IMG/VR virus record: IMGVR_UViG_3300037466_003234
Strand: one strand, 5' to 3'
DNA from: a virus
Taxonomy: Duplodnaviria; Heunggongvirae; Uroviricota; Caudoviricetes
Length of the DNA: 64,000 nucleotides
Positions 9,538 through 18,883 of this stretch are shown in pieces (positions within the stretch are counted from its first letter, which is position 1; each line of letters begins with the position of its first letter). The notes under the pieces are model-generated. The model was given only the letters and a program-made list of their open reading frames with translations. It had not been told where the DNA came from and did not search any database. Made by a program: the position numbers and the translations under genes.

Positions 9538-9795
9538 TCAGCGTTCGGGCTTACATACCCGGTTCATGGGCACCAATTTCCCAGGCTTGTCTCTTGCGGC
9601 CCAAGATTCGACCCACATTTCTCGGGCGCCTTCATTCCACGCAAAGTGCGTGACATCGCCCGCTAGGTCACGGATCACTCTTCCGTAGCCCCGCCTTTCT
9701 AGCCGCCGCCAATACGCCTGCGTCATCTCGGGTGCCCCATTAAAGGGGATGCCTTCAATGTATTCGATATAGGGGCCTCCGTTAATGAGCCTCAT
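9538..9795 (-). CDS. hypothetical protein
   Basis: ATG at 9795 with GAGGGG SD. Confidence 0.45.
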   Translation of the reverse strand: MRLINGGPYIEYIEGIPFNGAPEMTQAYWRRLERRGYGRVIRDLAGDVTHFAWNEGAREMWVESWAARDKPGKLVPMNRVCKPER

Positions 9796-9998
9796 TGAAG
9801 GCACACCGCCCCTCGGCTCTCTTTTTGGACCTCTAAGAGGCGGAGACAGTCATTGCACACTGAGACTTCGGGCTTCGAAAAGTAGCCTTCATTTGGGGCC
9901 ATGAGATCGAGGATCGCCTGGGCCGACATGGTGAATAGCTCCGATTGATGGCAGCAATCCCAGCATAGTCCACACGACGAATACTGGATCGTTTTCAT
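9792..9998 (-). CDS. Cys-rich small protein
   Basis: SSCGLCWDCCHQ...CNDC. First minus-strand gene next to the control region. Confidence 0.4.
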   Translation of the reverse strand: MKTIQYSSCGLCWDCCHQSELFTMSAQAILDLMAPNEGYFSKPEVSVCNDCLRLLEVQKESRGAVCLQ

Positions 9999-10035
9999 AG
10001 TGCCGTCATATACGCATGGTACATGCGCGTCAAGT

Positions 10036-10200
10036 GGATTATAGAAGTTATAGGCTGGTTTATAGAACGGTTATAGAAGGGGGCCGTTTTGTTATAGTTA
10101 AGTAACAGCGCCCCTTTGTTACTTTAAAATAACGGTTCCGAAAAAAATTTTTGATATCAGGTAGTTAGACGATATCTGGAAAAAAATTTTGGAAAAAATT
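10036..10200. promoter_or_regulatory. iteron array plus AT-rich tracts; candidate replication origin / divergent control region
   Basis: Five TTATAG(A/G)A repeats at roughly 10.5-bp phasing (10039-10100). Inverted repeat AAGTAACA-n9-TGTTACTT. Duplicated GAAAAAAATTTT tracts flanking two GATATC sites. Confidence 0.35.
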
Positions 10201-11238
10201 AAAGTGTTTGTATGTCGGTATACAAGGGGGGTTAAGGCAGCTGTGTCACACAAACCCCGGAAACCGGTTTTTATGTCTGGTTCCGTATACTTAGCGCATG
10301 TAAGCAAGCCGCATGCCGTTACATGTGTCTGTATATAAAGCTGACACCTAGACAGCCAACAAAGAGTGTGCCAAATCAAAGACCGTGCCAGCTGTCAGCT
10401 TTGACATGGACATAGCCTAGACTAGACAAGGCCTAGTCATGCCGTGGAATAATCCCTAGCCGGCCTAGCCTAGCCGCGCCTAGAGACTTCAAGGGGTTAG
10501 GCGCTTGCGCTTAGTCGTGTCGTAATGAGTTGATTAGTTGACGGTCTTATTAATAAATAACGCGGTTTTTGTTAATAAGGCCTAAGCCTATTAAAGCCGC
10601 ATTGCATACGCTGGACGCACGAATGCACCGCGTGCATTTAGCCGCGATGCTGCAGACCATTAGAGACTATACGCGGCGGAAAAGGACCGCTTTTAGTCAA
10701 GGTCTAGGAAAAGCCACCTAAAGGCTAATCGTGTAGTGTGTCGTTTGGGACACATGTTAATTCTGACGCAGCTACTCTAGGCGCGGCTATACTAGCCGAT
10801 CTATTCCCGCTAGGGTATTCCCTGCTATAGGTCAGAACTGACACACCTACTCTTTTTGCCCTTATTTGCGTTATGCCGTTAGGCGGACTAGCAAGGTCAA
10901 GGCAACTAGATAGGCAAGTTTTAGGGTAAGGCCTAGCCGTCTAAACGAAAGGGTTTATAGGGCAAGCTAACGCGTCGTATGAGGGGTTAGCATTCTAGTT
11001 AGGCTTAAGATTGGATCGCCTAGGCGTTAATTAACGCTAATTCGTATAAGTTTTAGCCAGTGTTAAAGCCTTAGACGGTGCGCTAAGCGCCGAATATGAC
11101 TCAGCTATTCAAGATAGGGCCTAATAAAATCAGATACTTAGACGGCGCTATAGGTCATAGGGCTAAATCCTTATTTTGCTTATATTGTTAACTGGCATAT
11201 GCGATGCATTAACTATCGGCATAACGAAAGGGTTAAAT

Positions 11239-11358
11239 ATGACTAAGCCTAAGTTCTGCCTAGCTAACAAGTTCTGCGTCATGATCGGCATTATGGGGGT
11301 TAGACATATCAGACGCGCTAACCGCATTAAAGAGATTTTGGCCCAATTGGGCGAATAA
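11239..11358 (+). CDS. small protein (39 aa)
   Basis: ATG preceded by the conserved ATAACGAAAGGGTTAAATATG motif. Confidence 0.35.
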   Translation: MTKPKFCLANKFCVMIGIMGVRHIRRANRIKEILAQLGE

Positions 11359-11385
11359 CGGATAACTAAACGAAAGGGATAGAAT

Positions 11386-11616
11386 ATGACTAACGCTAAA
11401 ATCAGTTTTTCAGCTAGTGGCGTCGTGACTCAAGACGTGACTATTCTAGTAGACGGTTTAACGGTTAGCGATCTAGTCAAGGGTTTACAGGAAGGGCTTT
11501 ATTTAACCACAATGCAAGGCGATCGGATTATAAATAGCGAGACATTGCAACCGGTTGCTATCATTGAGGATATGGATACACAACTAGAATATGTTGATTT
11601 TGAATCAGAGGGTTAA
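11386..11616 (+). CDS. hypothetical early protein
   Basis: Conserved AACGAAAGGGATAGAATATG initiation motif. Confidence 0.55.
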   Translation: MTNAKISFSASGVVTQDVTILVDGLTVSDLVKGLQEGLYLTTMQGDRIINSETLQPVAIIEDMDTQLEYVDFESEG

Positions 11617-11618
11617 TT

Positions 11619-11906
11619 ATGACACAGGCCTATGTTTTAAGCTCTATTTTTGGCATGGCTAAAGCCACAATTAACAAGACTAAGCAAGGCTATACGTTGC
11701 ATATCGCTTTAACGCCTAAGGGAAGTCTGAAAGTTGCCAAGTATTTAACACAATCCGGCCATAGACGCAAAATTGACGCGCTTAGGTCATGGGAAGAGTT
11801 AGCCACTAGATTGGAAGTTGAATTGCAGCAATTGCAGGTTAACCATACTGGCCATTGCTTTAGCATTCCTTGCCATTGTAACAAAAAAGACTGTTGTCCG
11901 TTTTAA
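11619..11906 (+). CDS. hypothetical early protein (C-terminal Cys cluster)
   Basis: GAGGG SD; translationally coupled. Confidence 0.5.
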   Translation: MTQAYVLSSIFGMAKATINKTKQGYTLHIALTPKGSLKVAKYLTQSGHRRKIDALRSWEELATRLEVELQQLQVNHTGHCFSIPCHCNKKDCCPF

Positions 11907-11933
11907 TTTAACGAAAGGGATAGGGTTAATTAT

Positions 11934-12398
11934 ATGGGAGTTGACACGCGGCTTTATATTGCATCTAAATGGCAAGTTAGCGACATTAAAAAGGTTTTAG
12001 AGCGTACCTTTAACGTCACGGCTAGCGTAGAGATGCCATTAAAAGACACTTGCAACTATTTTAGATTAAACTTTACGGCGCCAGATGGCGAAAATCGCAG
12101 TATGTCAATTCATACACAGTCTAGCCATAATGGCTTTGAATGCACGACGCTTAGCCTAGGGTGTGGCGGTATGGCTATTGAGATCATGCAAGCGCTTGCC
12201 GATACCTTTGGCGGGTTTTTGCAAAAATATGACTCCGACGAAACATACCACGGCATTAGGGGCAAGCTAGACGATTGTGATAACTTGCCGTTCTGGATTA
12301 AAGACGCTATTCTAGCCGGCATTGATCCCGATAGCCTTGAAGAGTTAAAAGCCCATATTGCTAAAACTACAGCACGTTGGAAGTCTAACGGATTGTGA
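11934..12398 (+). CDS. hypothetical early protein
   Basis: AACGAAAGGGATAGGGTTAATTATATG motif. Confidence 0.55.
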   Translation: MGVDTRLYIASKWQVSDIKKVLERTFNVTASVEMPLKDTCNYFRLNFTAPDGENRSMSIHTQSSHNGFECTTLSLGCGGMAIEIMQALADTFGGFLQKYDSDETYHGIRGKLDDCDNLPFWIKDAILAGIDPDSLEELKAHIAKTTARWKSNGL

Positions 12399-12417
12399 AT
12401 AGTGGCTAAGCCTTGAT

Positions 12418-12450
12418 CACTGGCTAAAAGATCGCCATATTATTAAATTA
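12418..12450 (+). promoter_or_regulatory. sigma70-like early promoter, family copy 1
   Basis: CTGGCT-AAAAGATCGCC...-TATTAA. Member of the conserved AAAAGATCTAC family. Confidence 0.4.
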
Positions 12451-12553
12451 ACAATATAAGGAAAATAAGGCGTTAGCGTTGGCATTCTAGGTGCATAACC
12501 CTATACCATGACGCGGCGCTAACGACGCCGAACGGATAACGAAAGGGATAGTT

Positions 12554-12910
12554 ATGCAAGGCATGAGAAAAACAGGAGTTAGAACGGTTAACGTATATTG
12601 TGGCGCCGTCTATGGTAACGGCAAGCGTGCAAGCGGTTGCGGCGCTAAACCTAAATCTAGCGGCTTTAACGAGTATGCCTATAATCCAGACGGTTATAAA
12701 TCGCTATGGTCTACGGTTAGCCTCTGCCCAAAGTGTGAAGCTAGGGTTATCGTTATGCTTAGAACCTCTAGCGGTGCATTCTATGCGTCTAGTGATCGCG
12801 ATTTAAAGAAGTTGAAACGCACTGGCTTAGGCAACTTAGGTTATTTGTCTCTAGGCTTGCTTGCTAGTCACGTTGCTAAACATGGCTATAACGTTGCAAT
12901 TTTGGGATAA
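12554..12910 (+). CDS. hypothetical early protein (CxxC pairs)
   Basis: GATAACGAAAGGGATAGTTATG motif. Confidence 0.55.
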   Translation: MQGMRKTGVRTVNVYCGAVYGNGKRASGCGAKPKSSGFNEYAYNPDGYKSLWSTVSLCPKCEARVIVMLRTSSGAFYASSDRDLKKLKRTGLGNLGYLSLGLLASHVAKHGYNVAILG

Positions 12911-12925
12911 CGAAAGGGATTAGTT

Positions 12926-13117
12926 ATGTTTATTTTGATCAACTCTAAAGCTCAATGGCGTGAGTATTATAAAGGCATGATGTGCGGCGTTATCGTTGAA
13001 GTATCGCCCGAATTCGAGGAGGCAGTCACATTTGACACAGAGCAAGCCGCACTAAAAGAACGTGACACTAACCACGCGTTTTTAAAAGACTTTAAAGTCA
13101 TGCGCGTTAACGGATAA
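12926..13117 (+). CDS. hypothetical early protein
   Basis: Motif GATAACGAAAGGGATTAGTTATG. Confidence 0.5.
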   Translation: MFILINSKAQWREYYKGMMCGVIVEVSPEFEEAVTFDTEQAALKERDTNHAFLKDFKVMRVNG

Positions 13118-13132
13118 CGAAAGGGATAGATT

Positions 13133-13429
13133 ATGCAATGCTTAGCCAGTGAATTAAAGTCAATTGCTCAAAAATCAGTAGATCAAAGCGAGGTTAAAAC
13201 AATCGTCAATAGCCTTATAGACAAAGCTAAAGAAGCGGCTCAACTAGGCCGGACCTATATGGTTATAAAGCTTTTAGGCGACGCATATAAAACCCGCTTT
13301 GAATATAGCGAGTATAATAAAGACAAAGCCTTGCAAGTTGCCGTTAAAGAACACTTGATCAATCTAGGCTTTGATTTTGAATACCGCCATGGGGTTAACG
13401 GACTATATGCGGTTATGATCTGGGGTTAG
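13133..13429 (+). CDS. hypothetical early protein
   Basis: Motif GATAACGAAAGGGATAGATTATG. Confidence 0.5.
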   Translation: MQCLASELKSIAQKSVDQSEVKTIVNSLIDKAKEAAQLGRTYMVIKLLGDAYKTRFEYSEYNKDKALQVAVKEHLINLGFDFEYRHGVNGLYAVMIWG

Positions 13430-13605
13430 ATATGAGACTAGTTAAACTTATACTAACGCCGCTATTTAGGCTTGCATGCATGATTAGGCGTTATCATAAC
13501 TTCGATACGTCTAAAGTGTTATGGCATTCGTGCAAGCTATGCGGAAAAACTAAATATTGGGTTATGGGTAAGGGTTATCAATTCTAAGCTATTGAAAGGA
13601 TTAGT

Positions 13606-13737
13606 TATGTTGCGGCTTCGTTATGTTAGATATTGTGCAATGTGCTGTAATTACGTTGACTTAGAAGAGCATGAGGATCACGACGCGGAAAGTGTAGAAC
13701 TTTCAGACGATAGTCAAGAACTTAAACAGGCTGCCTA
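13606..13737 (+). CDS. small Cys-containing protein (43 aa)
   Basis: AAAGGATTAGTTATG motif variant. Below the track cutoff. Confidence 0.3.
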
Positions 13738-13862
13738 GACACAGTGTCATTAAGACCTGAAGGAAAATAAGGATTTAGCGATTTTAGCAATTGGCATACT
13801 GGCTGCAATAGATAGATGCATAACGAACGGCGTTAACGACGCCATAACGAAAGGGATAGGTT

Positions 13863-14678
13863 ATGTTAAATAATCAAGTTGCTAAAATCGTAAACCCAAT
13901 CGATCAAGTCAAGGCATTTGTAGAGCGTGACTCATATGGCTTTGTTAATACTCGCGAAGTGTTAGACATTTTCGGTCAAGCTGGATGGTCGCCAGTTAGC
14001 GAGTCATACGGCAAGGTTAAAAAGGAAGAGAAAAAGGGTTATCAAAAACACTTGATTAGACTCGAAAATCCAGCTTTTCCAGCTATTGAGGGGTTGACCG
14101 ATGCAAATAAGTCTAGGCCTCAATTAGTCGTGCTCAATAGTCACGACGGCTCTAGCAGCTTGCAAATCATGTGGGGCCTTATTCGTATCGCTTGCCTCAA
14201 TGGAATCATTGCCGGCACTGGCATTAATGGCGTTAGAATTGTTCACTCTAAATCGATCGTGGACAAGTTGCCTAGCGGTATTGACTATATGTTGAACAAC
14301 TTTGGCAAGTTCAATAGCCAAATCAAAGAGTTGCAAGGTAAGCAATTGAGCGCTGCAGCAACTAAAGAGTTGATTAAAATCGTATACGATGAGCGTCTGA
14401 AAGGTGTGTCTAACTTGACACAGGTCAACTATGACTTGATCCGTTCGCGCCGCATTGAGGATAACGCTAGCGACGCCTATACGATCTTTAACCGCGTGCA
14501 AGAAGCTCTAATGCGTGGCGGTATTCAATATCAATACCTTAAGCAATTTAAAGACGATAACGGCGCGGTTATCGGCTCAAAGCTCATAACGACGCATACC
14601 GGAAAAATCAGCGCGGTAACGAGTCAAGTAAAGCTTAATCAGCTTGCCTATGACACGGCGCTAAACCTTGCCGCATAA
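13863..14678 (+). CDS. hypothetical protein, possibly DUF932-like phage/plasmid family
   Basis: Motif CATAACGAAAGGGATAGGTTATG. LVVLNSHDGSSSLQIMWGLIRIACLNG resembles DUF932, from memory only. Confidence 0.55.
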   Translation: MLNNQVAKIVNPIDQVKAFVERDSYGFVNTREVLDIFGQAGWSPVSESYGKVKKEEKKGYQKHLIRLENPAFPAIEGLTDANKSRPQLVVLNSHDGSSSLQIMWGLIRIACLNGIIAGTGINGVRIVHSKSIVDKLPSGIDYMLNNFGKFNSQIKELQGKQLSAAATKELIKIVYDERLKGVSNLTQVNYDLIRSRRIEDNASDAYTIFNRVQEALMRGGIQYQYLKQFKDDNGAVIGSKLITTHTGKISAVTSQVKLNQLAYDTALNLAA

Positions 14679-14837
14679 TCTCTAGCGGCCTAAAACAGGG
14701 GTTAGGTTATCACGTTGCCGATCGCCTAACCCCTCATACTAAAAGGCTAGTCTATGGCTTTAGCTATTATAACGGTTATCAAGGTTTTAGCGGTTATAGG
14801 CCTAATAAGCATTCTAATTAAATCGGCTAAGCTTTGA

Positions 14838-14872
14838 ACACTGGCTAAAAGATCTACAGATTTTAAATTTAA
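14838..14872 (+). promoter_or_regulatory. sigma70-like early promoter, family copy 2
   Basis: CACTGGCTAAAAGATCTACAGATTTTAAATT. The ~100-bp flank is near-identical to the 12.41-12.50 kb copy. Confidence 0.4.
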
Positions 14873-14972
14873 CAATATAAGCAAAATAAGGCGTTAGCGT
14901 TGGCATTCTAGGTGCATTAACTAGATGCATAACGAACGGCGATAACGACGCCACTAACGAAAGGGATAGGTT

Positions 14973-15275
14973 ATGTTTCAAGTAAAGAATATTGTTAGAG
15001 TTGATAGCGAGACTGTTAAAGTCACGGTTACGATGGACGCTAAAGAATTTAACAAGGCTAAAAAACAGGGATTAGGTCAACTCTTTGGTATCGATATCTC
15101 TAACCACGTCTTTAGGGAATATGGCATTAAAGCCTATAACCCTAGCGTTGACGGCATTAAGTCTCGCGCCGTTCAAGGCGTTAAAACCCTGCAGCTTTAC
15201 TATAAAGATGACGCATGGGTCTACAATGACAACGTTGTCAGAGTTGATTTTGCAGCTAAACGCGTTGCGGCCTAA
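14973..15275 (+). CDS. hypothetical early protein
   Basis: Motif CTAACGAAAGGGATAGGTTATG. Confidence 0.55.
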   Translation: MFQVKNIVRVDSETVKVTVTMDAKEFNKAKKQGLGQLFGIDISNHVFREYGIKAYNPSVDGIKSRAVQGVKTLQLYYKDDAWVYNDNVVRVDFAAKRVAA

Positions 15276-15349
15276 ATAAGAAAATAACGTTTGACGCGCC
15301 GCACGAATTAACGCATACTAGATTTAACGGATAACGAAAGGGATAGGTT

Positions 15350-16162
15350 ATGGACATCACTAAAAAACTTGACATGATTGTTAATGCCAACGAATTGTTA
15401 AGCGAAATGTTTCCTAATAAACATAAGGATATTAAGCTAGACGAAGTTGAGGCAGTCTATAGCCGCAACGTGCTAGGCATTCAAGCCGATGCAAAAACTA
15501 AGAAAGGTACCGGCAAGGGATATTTAACCGGCATTATGTACCTTGCACCTGCTAGCCTTAGCGGCGTCAATATCTGCCCTAAATCTAGTGCGGGTTGCCG
15601 GTCCGCTTGCCTGTTTAGCGCCGGACGTGGACGCTTTTATAGCATCACGCGGGCGCGTATCGTTAAAACGCTTGCATATCACTTGGATACGCCGCGCTTT
15701 GTCGAAACTATTAAAAAATCGATCAAGTCTCTAATCGTAAAGGCTAAAAATCAAGGCCTAATCCCGGTTGTTAGGCTCAATGGCACATCGGATATTCTTT
15801 GGGAACGTACCACGGATATTTTGCAGACATTCCCCGATGTGCAATTCTATGACTATACTAAAATTGCTAAGCGGTTTTTGTTCAGTATTCCCGCTAACTA
15901 TCACTTGACGCTATCGCTTAGCGAGGATAACGATAACGACGCTAAGCTTGCACTATCCAAAGGCTTTAACGTTGCTGCAGTGTTTCGTAAAGAGTTGCCG
16001 TCAAGTCTCTTCGGCTATGATGTAACTAGCGGCGACGAAACTGATTTAAGGTTTTTAGATCGGCGCGGCGTCGTCGTGGGCCTTAAGGCTAAAGGCAAGG
16101 CTAAAACCGATCAATCTGGCTTTGTTAGGGATTATAGCAGCGCGGCTAAGATCGCCGCATAA
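15350..16162 (+). CDS. Cys-cluster protein (C-x6-C-x3-C), possibly Gp37/Gp68-like
   Basis: Motif GATAACGAAAGGGATAGGTTATG. NICPKSSAGCRSAC Cys triad; family assignment tentative. Confidence 0.55.
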   Translation: MDITKKLDMIVNANELLSEMFPNKHKDIKLDEVEAVYSRNVLGIQADAKTKKGTGKGYLTGIMYLAPASLSGVNICPKSSAGCRSACLFSAGRGRFYSITRARIVKTLAYHLDTPRFVETIKKSIKSLIVKAKNQGLIPVVRLNGTSDILWERTTDILQTFPDVQFYDYTKIAKRFLFSIPANYHLTLSLSEDNDNDAKLALSKGFNVAAVFRKELPSSLFGYDVTSGDETDLRFLDRRGVVVGLKAKGKAKTDQSGFVRDYSSAAKIAA

Positions 16163-16178
16163 CGAAAGGGAATCAATA

Positions 16179-16286
16179 TGTTAACTCAAGTTGTGCAAAA
16201 TACCGCGCCAGTGCTAGCGATTGTGCAAGCGGTTGTCTTGATCACTAGCGGCGTTATCATGGCTATCTATTCAGTCTCGAAAGGTT
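16179..16286 (+). CDS. small membrane peptide (35 aa)
   Basis: Motif ATAACGAAAGGGAATCAATATG. Hydrophobic VLAIVQAVVLITSGVIMAIY. Confidence 0.35.
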
Positions 16287-16292
16287 AAACCA

Positions 16293-16454
16293 TATGCCTA
16301 ACTACAGTCGAAACATTGGCTCTAGGGTTAAAGTTGCGCCTAACAGTCTCATTCAAGTTGACGGCAAGACTTATAGGGTTATCGATTCTAAAGAATTGCA
16401 TACCCGCAACGCTAAAGGTTTTAGGTTTTATTTAACGATTAGCCTAGTTGTCTA
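16293..16454 (+). CDS. small protein (53 aa)
   Basis: AAAGGT SD. Confidence 0.3.
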
Positions 16455-16466
16455 GGTCAGATTAAA

Positions 16467-16492
16467 CACATGTGTCAATGGTGACACATGTG
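16467..16492. promoter_or_regulatory. perfect 11-bp inverted repeat CACATGTGTCA-atgg-TGACACATGTG (operator candidate)
   Basis: Seen directly. Lies just upstream of the SD/ATG of the 16530 gene. TGTGTCA reappears at 17021-17030, 10252 and 10740. Confidence 0.4.
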
Positions 16493-16529
16493 TCATAACG
16501 GACACACTGTGTCAGATAGGAGATATGTC

Positions 16530-16982
16530 ATGGGATACTCACACTATTTTACTTTTAAGCCAGTCAATGAACGTCAATGGCGGGATATTGAAACGCGATA
16601 TAAAAAGGCTATTTTAGACTGCCAACGTATCGTTAAAGCATGGTATTCAAAGCATGGCCGGTTATCAGGCTATTCAGCGCATACGCCGCTAGGCCGTTAT
16701 GGCGGTCTAAAGGTTAACGGCAAGGGCATTGATGCATGTGAGGCATTCGAGTTGCGCGAACATTATGGGCAAAATCTCCGCGATTTTAAAGGCTATTGCA
16801 AGACTAACGGCTTGCCCTATGACACGGTTGTCACGGCATGCCTTGCCGTTCTTAAGCATCGCTTAGGCGATGCGATCCAATTGCATAGCGACGGCAACCG
16901 CCACGACTGGAGTTATGGGGTTAGGCTTGCTAGGCGCGTAACTGGCCTTAAGCTCAAAAACCCTATCGTGTGTCTTGATTAA
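16530..16982 (+). CDS. hypothetical protein
   Basis: ATG (MGYSHYF...) with TAGGAGA SD. The track start at 16488 lies inside the palindrome region. Confidence 0.5.
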   Translation: MGYSHYFTFKPVNERQWRDIETRYKKAILDCQRIVKAWYSKHGRLSGYSAHTPLGRYGGLKVNGKGIDACEAFELREHYGQNLRDFKGYCKTNGLPYDTVVTACLAVLKHRLGDAIQLHSDGNRHDWSYGVRLARRVTGLKLKNPIVCLD

Positions 16983-17059
16983 CTGGATACAATCAGGCCT
17001 ATGTCTTGACCAGACACAGGGATGTGTCAAAACGGCCACATGGCCAAAGGAAAGTTGTT

Positions 17060-17479
17060 ATGGGTTACAACACGACGCTAATTATCCTAAACGATGCGTT
17101 ACATGAGATTAAAGACGATAAAGACTTTGGAGCTAAGGTCTATCATGCTGCAATTCGAGTGTCAGGCAATTTAAAGCCCATCGATATATCTAGCGGTCAC
17201 TTCGCTAACGCAGCAACGGTAATAGAGATGCATCATGCCGACGAAATCAAATTGCTTGCTGTTGGCGGTAATTATGCACAAGACTTAGGCTATATGGGCA
17301 ACTATCGGTCTAAGCCAACTGACTGGCTTAAAGCGCTTGCAGATTCCCTAGGCTATCGCGTATCTAAAAAGCCAGGTGTCTGCACTGATTGTTATGTTGC
17401 TAGGCGCGTAGGGCCACTAAAGAACCCGCCATGCGATAAATGCGGAGGGAGGGGGAGGGTCAAAAAACGCTCTAAATAA
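17060..17479 (+). CDS. hypothetical protein with C-terminal zinc ribbon
   Basis: ATG (MGYNTTLI...) with AAGGAAAG SD. CTDCY...CDKCGGRGRV. Confidence 0.5.
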   Translation: MGYNTTLIILNDALHEIKDDKDFGAKVYHAAIRVSGNLKPIDISSGHFANAATVIEMHHADEIKLLAVGGNYAQDLGYMGNYRSKPTDWLKALADSLGYRVSKKPGVCTDCYVARRVGPLKNPPCDKCGGRGRVKKRSK

Positions 17480-17518
17480 TTGGGTTTTTCAGAAGTGTTT
17501 TTTGGATAGAGAGGATCA

Positions 17519-17747
17519 TATGAGCACCACTAGATTTTGTGGCACTTGCTGTAGCAAGCCTAAGATGTGCGAGAATTGTATGGAAGCCACACTGCTATGC
17601 AATGGCTTGTCAGTGAATAAAGAGAATATGGATAAGCTTCGCGCCGTAGAGAGTGCCGAGCGCTCGCGATGGTTTGGAGCTAACGCATACACCTGGGTCG
17701 TCATGGACATTGCTAGAGGGGAGGGGGTTAAAAATGCACTTAGATAG
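17519..17747 (+). CDS. Cys-rich small protein
   Basis: ATG with AGAGAGGA SD. Upstream TTTTCAGAAGTG-TTTTTTGGAT motif. Confidence 0.45.
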
Positions 17748-17787
17748 AGACTATTTTCAGAAGTGATTTTTTGATTGAAAGGATCTT

Positions 17788-18015
17788 ATGCCTAAAGCAA
17801 TTAATCAGTATGTTACTGACTCTGTTAAGTCTTGGTATGTAAATAGAAAAACCTATTGCCTTATCAAGAATGCTGGTCAAGGCGATGAATACTTAGTGCG
17901 GGTTATTCCCGATGGACGCGACGCGGTTAGCTATTGGCTTAATAAAGGCCAAACATGGGAAACCGAGAGCGGCGCCGCATGGTCTATTCTTAATGATTTA
18001 GATGAAAGTGAGTGA
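17788..18015 (+). CDS. hypothetical small protein
   Basis: Upstream TTTTCAGAAGTGATTTTTTGATTGAAAGGATCTTATG. Confidence 0.5.
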   Translation: MPKAINQYVTDSVKSWYVNRKTYCLIKNAGQGDEYLVRVIPDGRDAVSYWLNKGQTWETESGAAWSILNDLDESE

Positions 18016-18260
18016 TTATGCCAAAGACTGAAGTATCCGTAACCTGTAACGACGGTACTAAATTTAAAATCTATTACGATAAGAAACATATGGAATACGT
18101 TCTATCCTATCGTAATGATCGCAAGGCTTTGCCAGCTGGTAACGGCCAAAAGATCAAGGGTAAGTGGCTTTGTCTTGATAGACAACCGTTCTATTCAGAC
18201 GCATTAGACTTTATGTGTGACGAGATCAAACAAATCGACGCCAAAGAAGGAGCTGGCTAA
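18012..18260 (+). CDS. hypothetical small protein
   Basis: ATGA overlap coupling. Confidence 0.5.
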   Translation: MIMPKTEVSVTCNDGTKFKIYYDKKHMEYVLSYRNDRKALPAGNGQKIKGKWLCLDRQPFYSDALDFMCDEIKQIDAKEGAG

Positions 18261-18267
18261 GAATTAA

Positions 18268-18302
18268 ACACTGGCTAAAAGATCTACGAGTTTGTAAAAT
18301 AG
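18268..18302 (+). promoter_or_regulatory. sigma70-like promoter, family copy 3
   Basis: CTGGCT-AAAAGATCTACGAGTTTG-TAAAAT (18-nt spacer). Confidence 0.45.
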
Positions 18303-18391
18303 CGATTTAATAAAAACAACAACTTAGACATGGCACGGTCGCTGCAATAGATAGCTGCATAACTGAACGTATCCTGAGGGAGGATAAACAA

Positions 18392-18610
18392 ATGACCAAC
18401 GGCAAATATAAAGTTACTTTCGAAGTTGAAATTGTTGGCATGCAAAACGGCCAAGAAGCCACGCACGCTATTGTTGATATGTTCAACGAAATGCGCGACA
18501 ACGAAGAAGCTCCGGCTATGGAATTCGAATTGATCGAGGAAGGCGTCGAGCAAGAATACTTGGAAGAAGAGGAAGAAGTCGAGGAGCTAGACCTTGAGCA
18601 AGCAAGTTAA
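18392..18610 (+). CDS. acidic small protein
   Basis: GGGAGGA SD. Glu-rich C-terminus. Confidence 0.5.
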   Translation: MTNGKYKVTFEVEIVGMQNGQEATHAIVDMFNEMRDNEEAPAMEFELIEEGVEQEYLEEEEEVEELDLEQAS

Positions 18611-18827
18611 AAAGTTATCCAAAAGACTCAGTAAAACCAAAGATGTTTTTAACTCTTTAAAGAAAGGATCTAAAATTCACGATACTTGGTATGGTAATGG
18701 AGTTGTGGTTAAAACCTTAAAGACTCGCATTCATATCAAGCTGTACTCTAGCGACGAGATCTATAGCTATGATAAAGCCCACGTAAACGGTTTTATTAAG
18801 CTTGGATACTATCGCCCGAGTAAATAA
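18594..18827 (+). CDS. basic small protein (probable TTG start)
   Basis: GAGGAG SD 8 nt before a TTG. Confidence 0.4.
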   Translation: MSKQVKKLSKRLSKTKDVFNSLKKGSKIHDTWYGNGVVVKTLKTRIHIKLYSSDEIYSYDKAHVNGFIKLGYYRPSK

Positions 18828-18883
18828 GTGTCCCCAATCCTAGCGGAGTCGTTAACCGCTAGTTGTCCTATCCCATCCGTGAC

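Noticed and set aside
10119-10379. 86-aa minus-strand ORF inside the non-coding control region
   Set aside because: Low-complexity translation, no RBS, and it overlaps the iteron/AT-rich and promoter elements. It is most likely non-coding.
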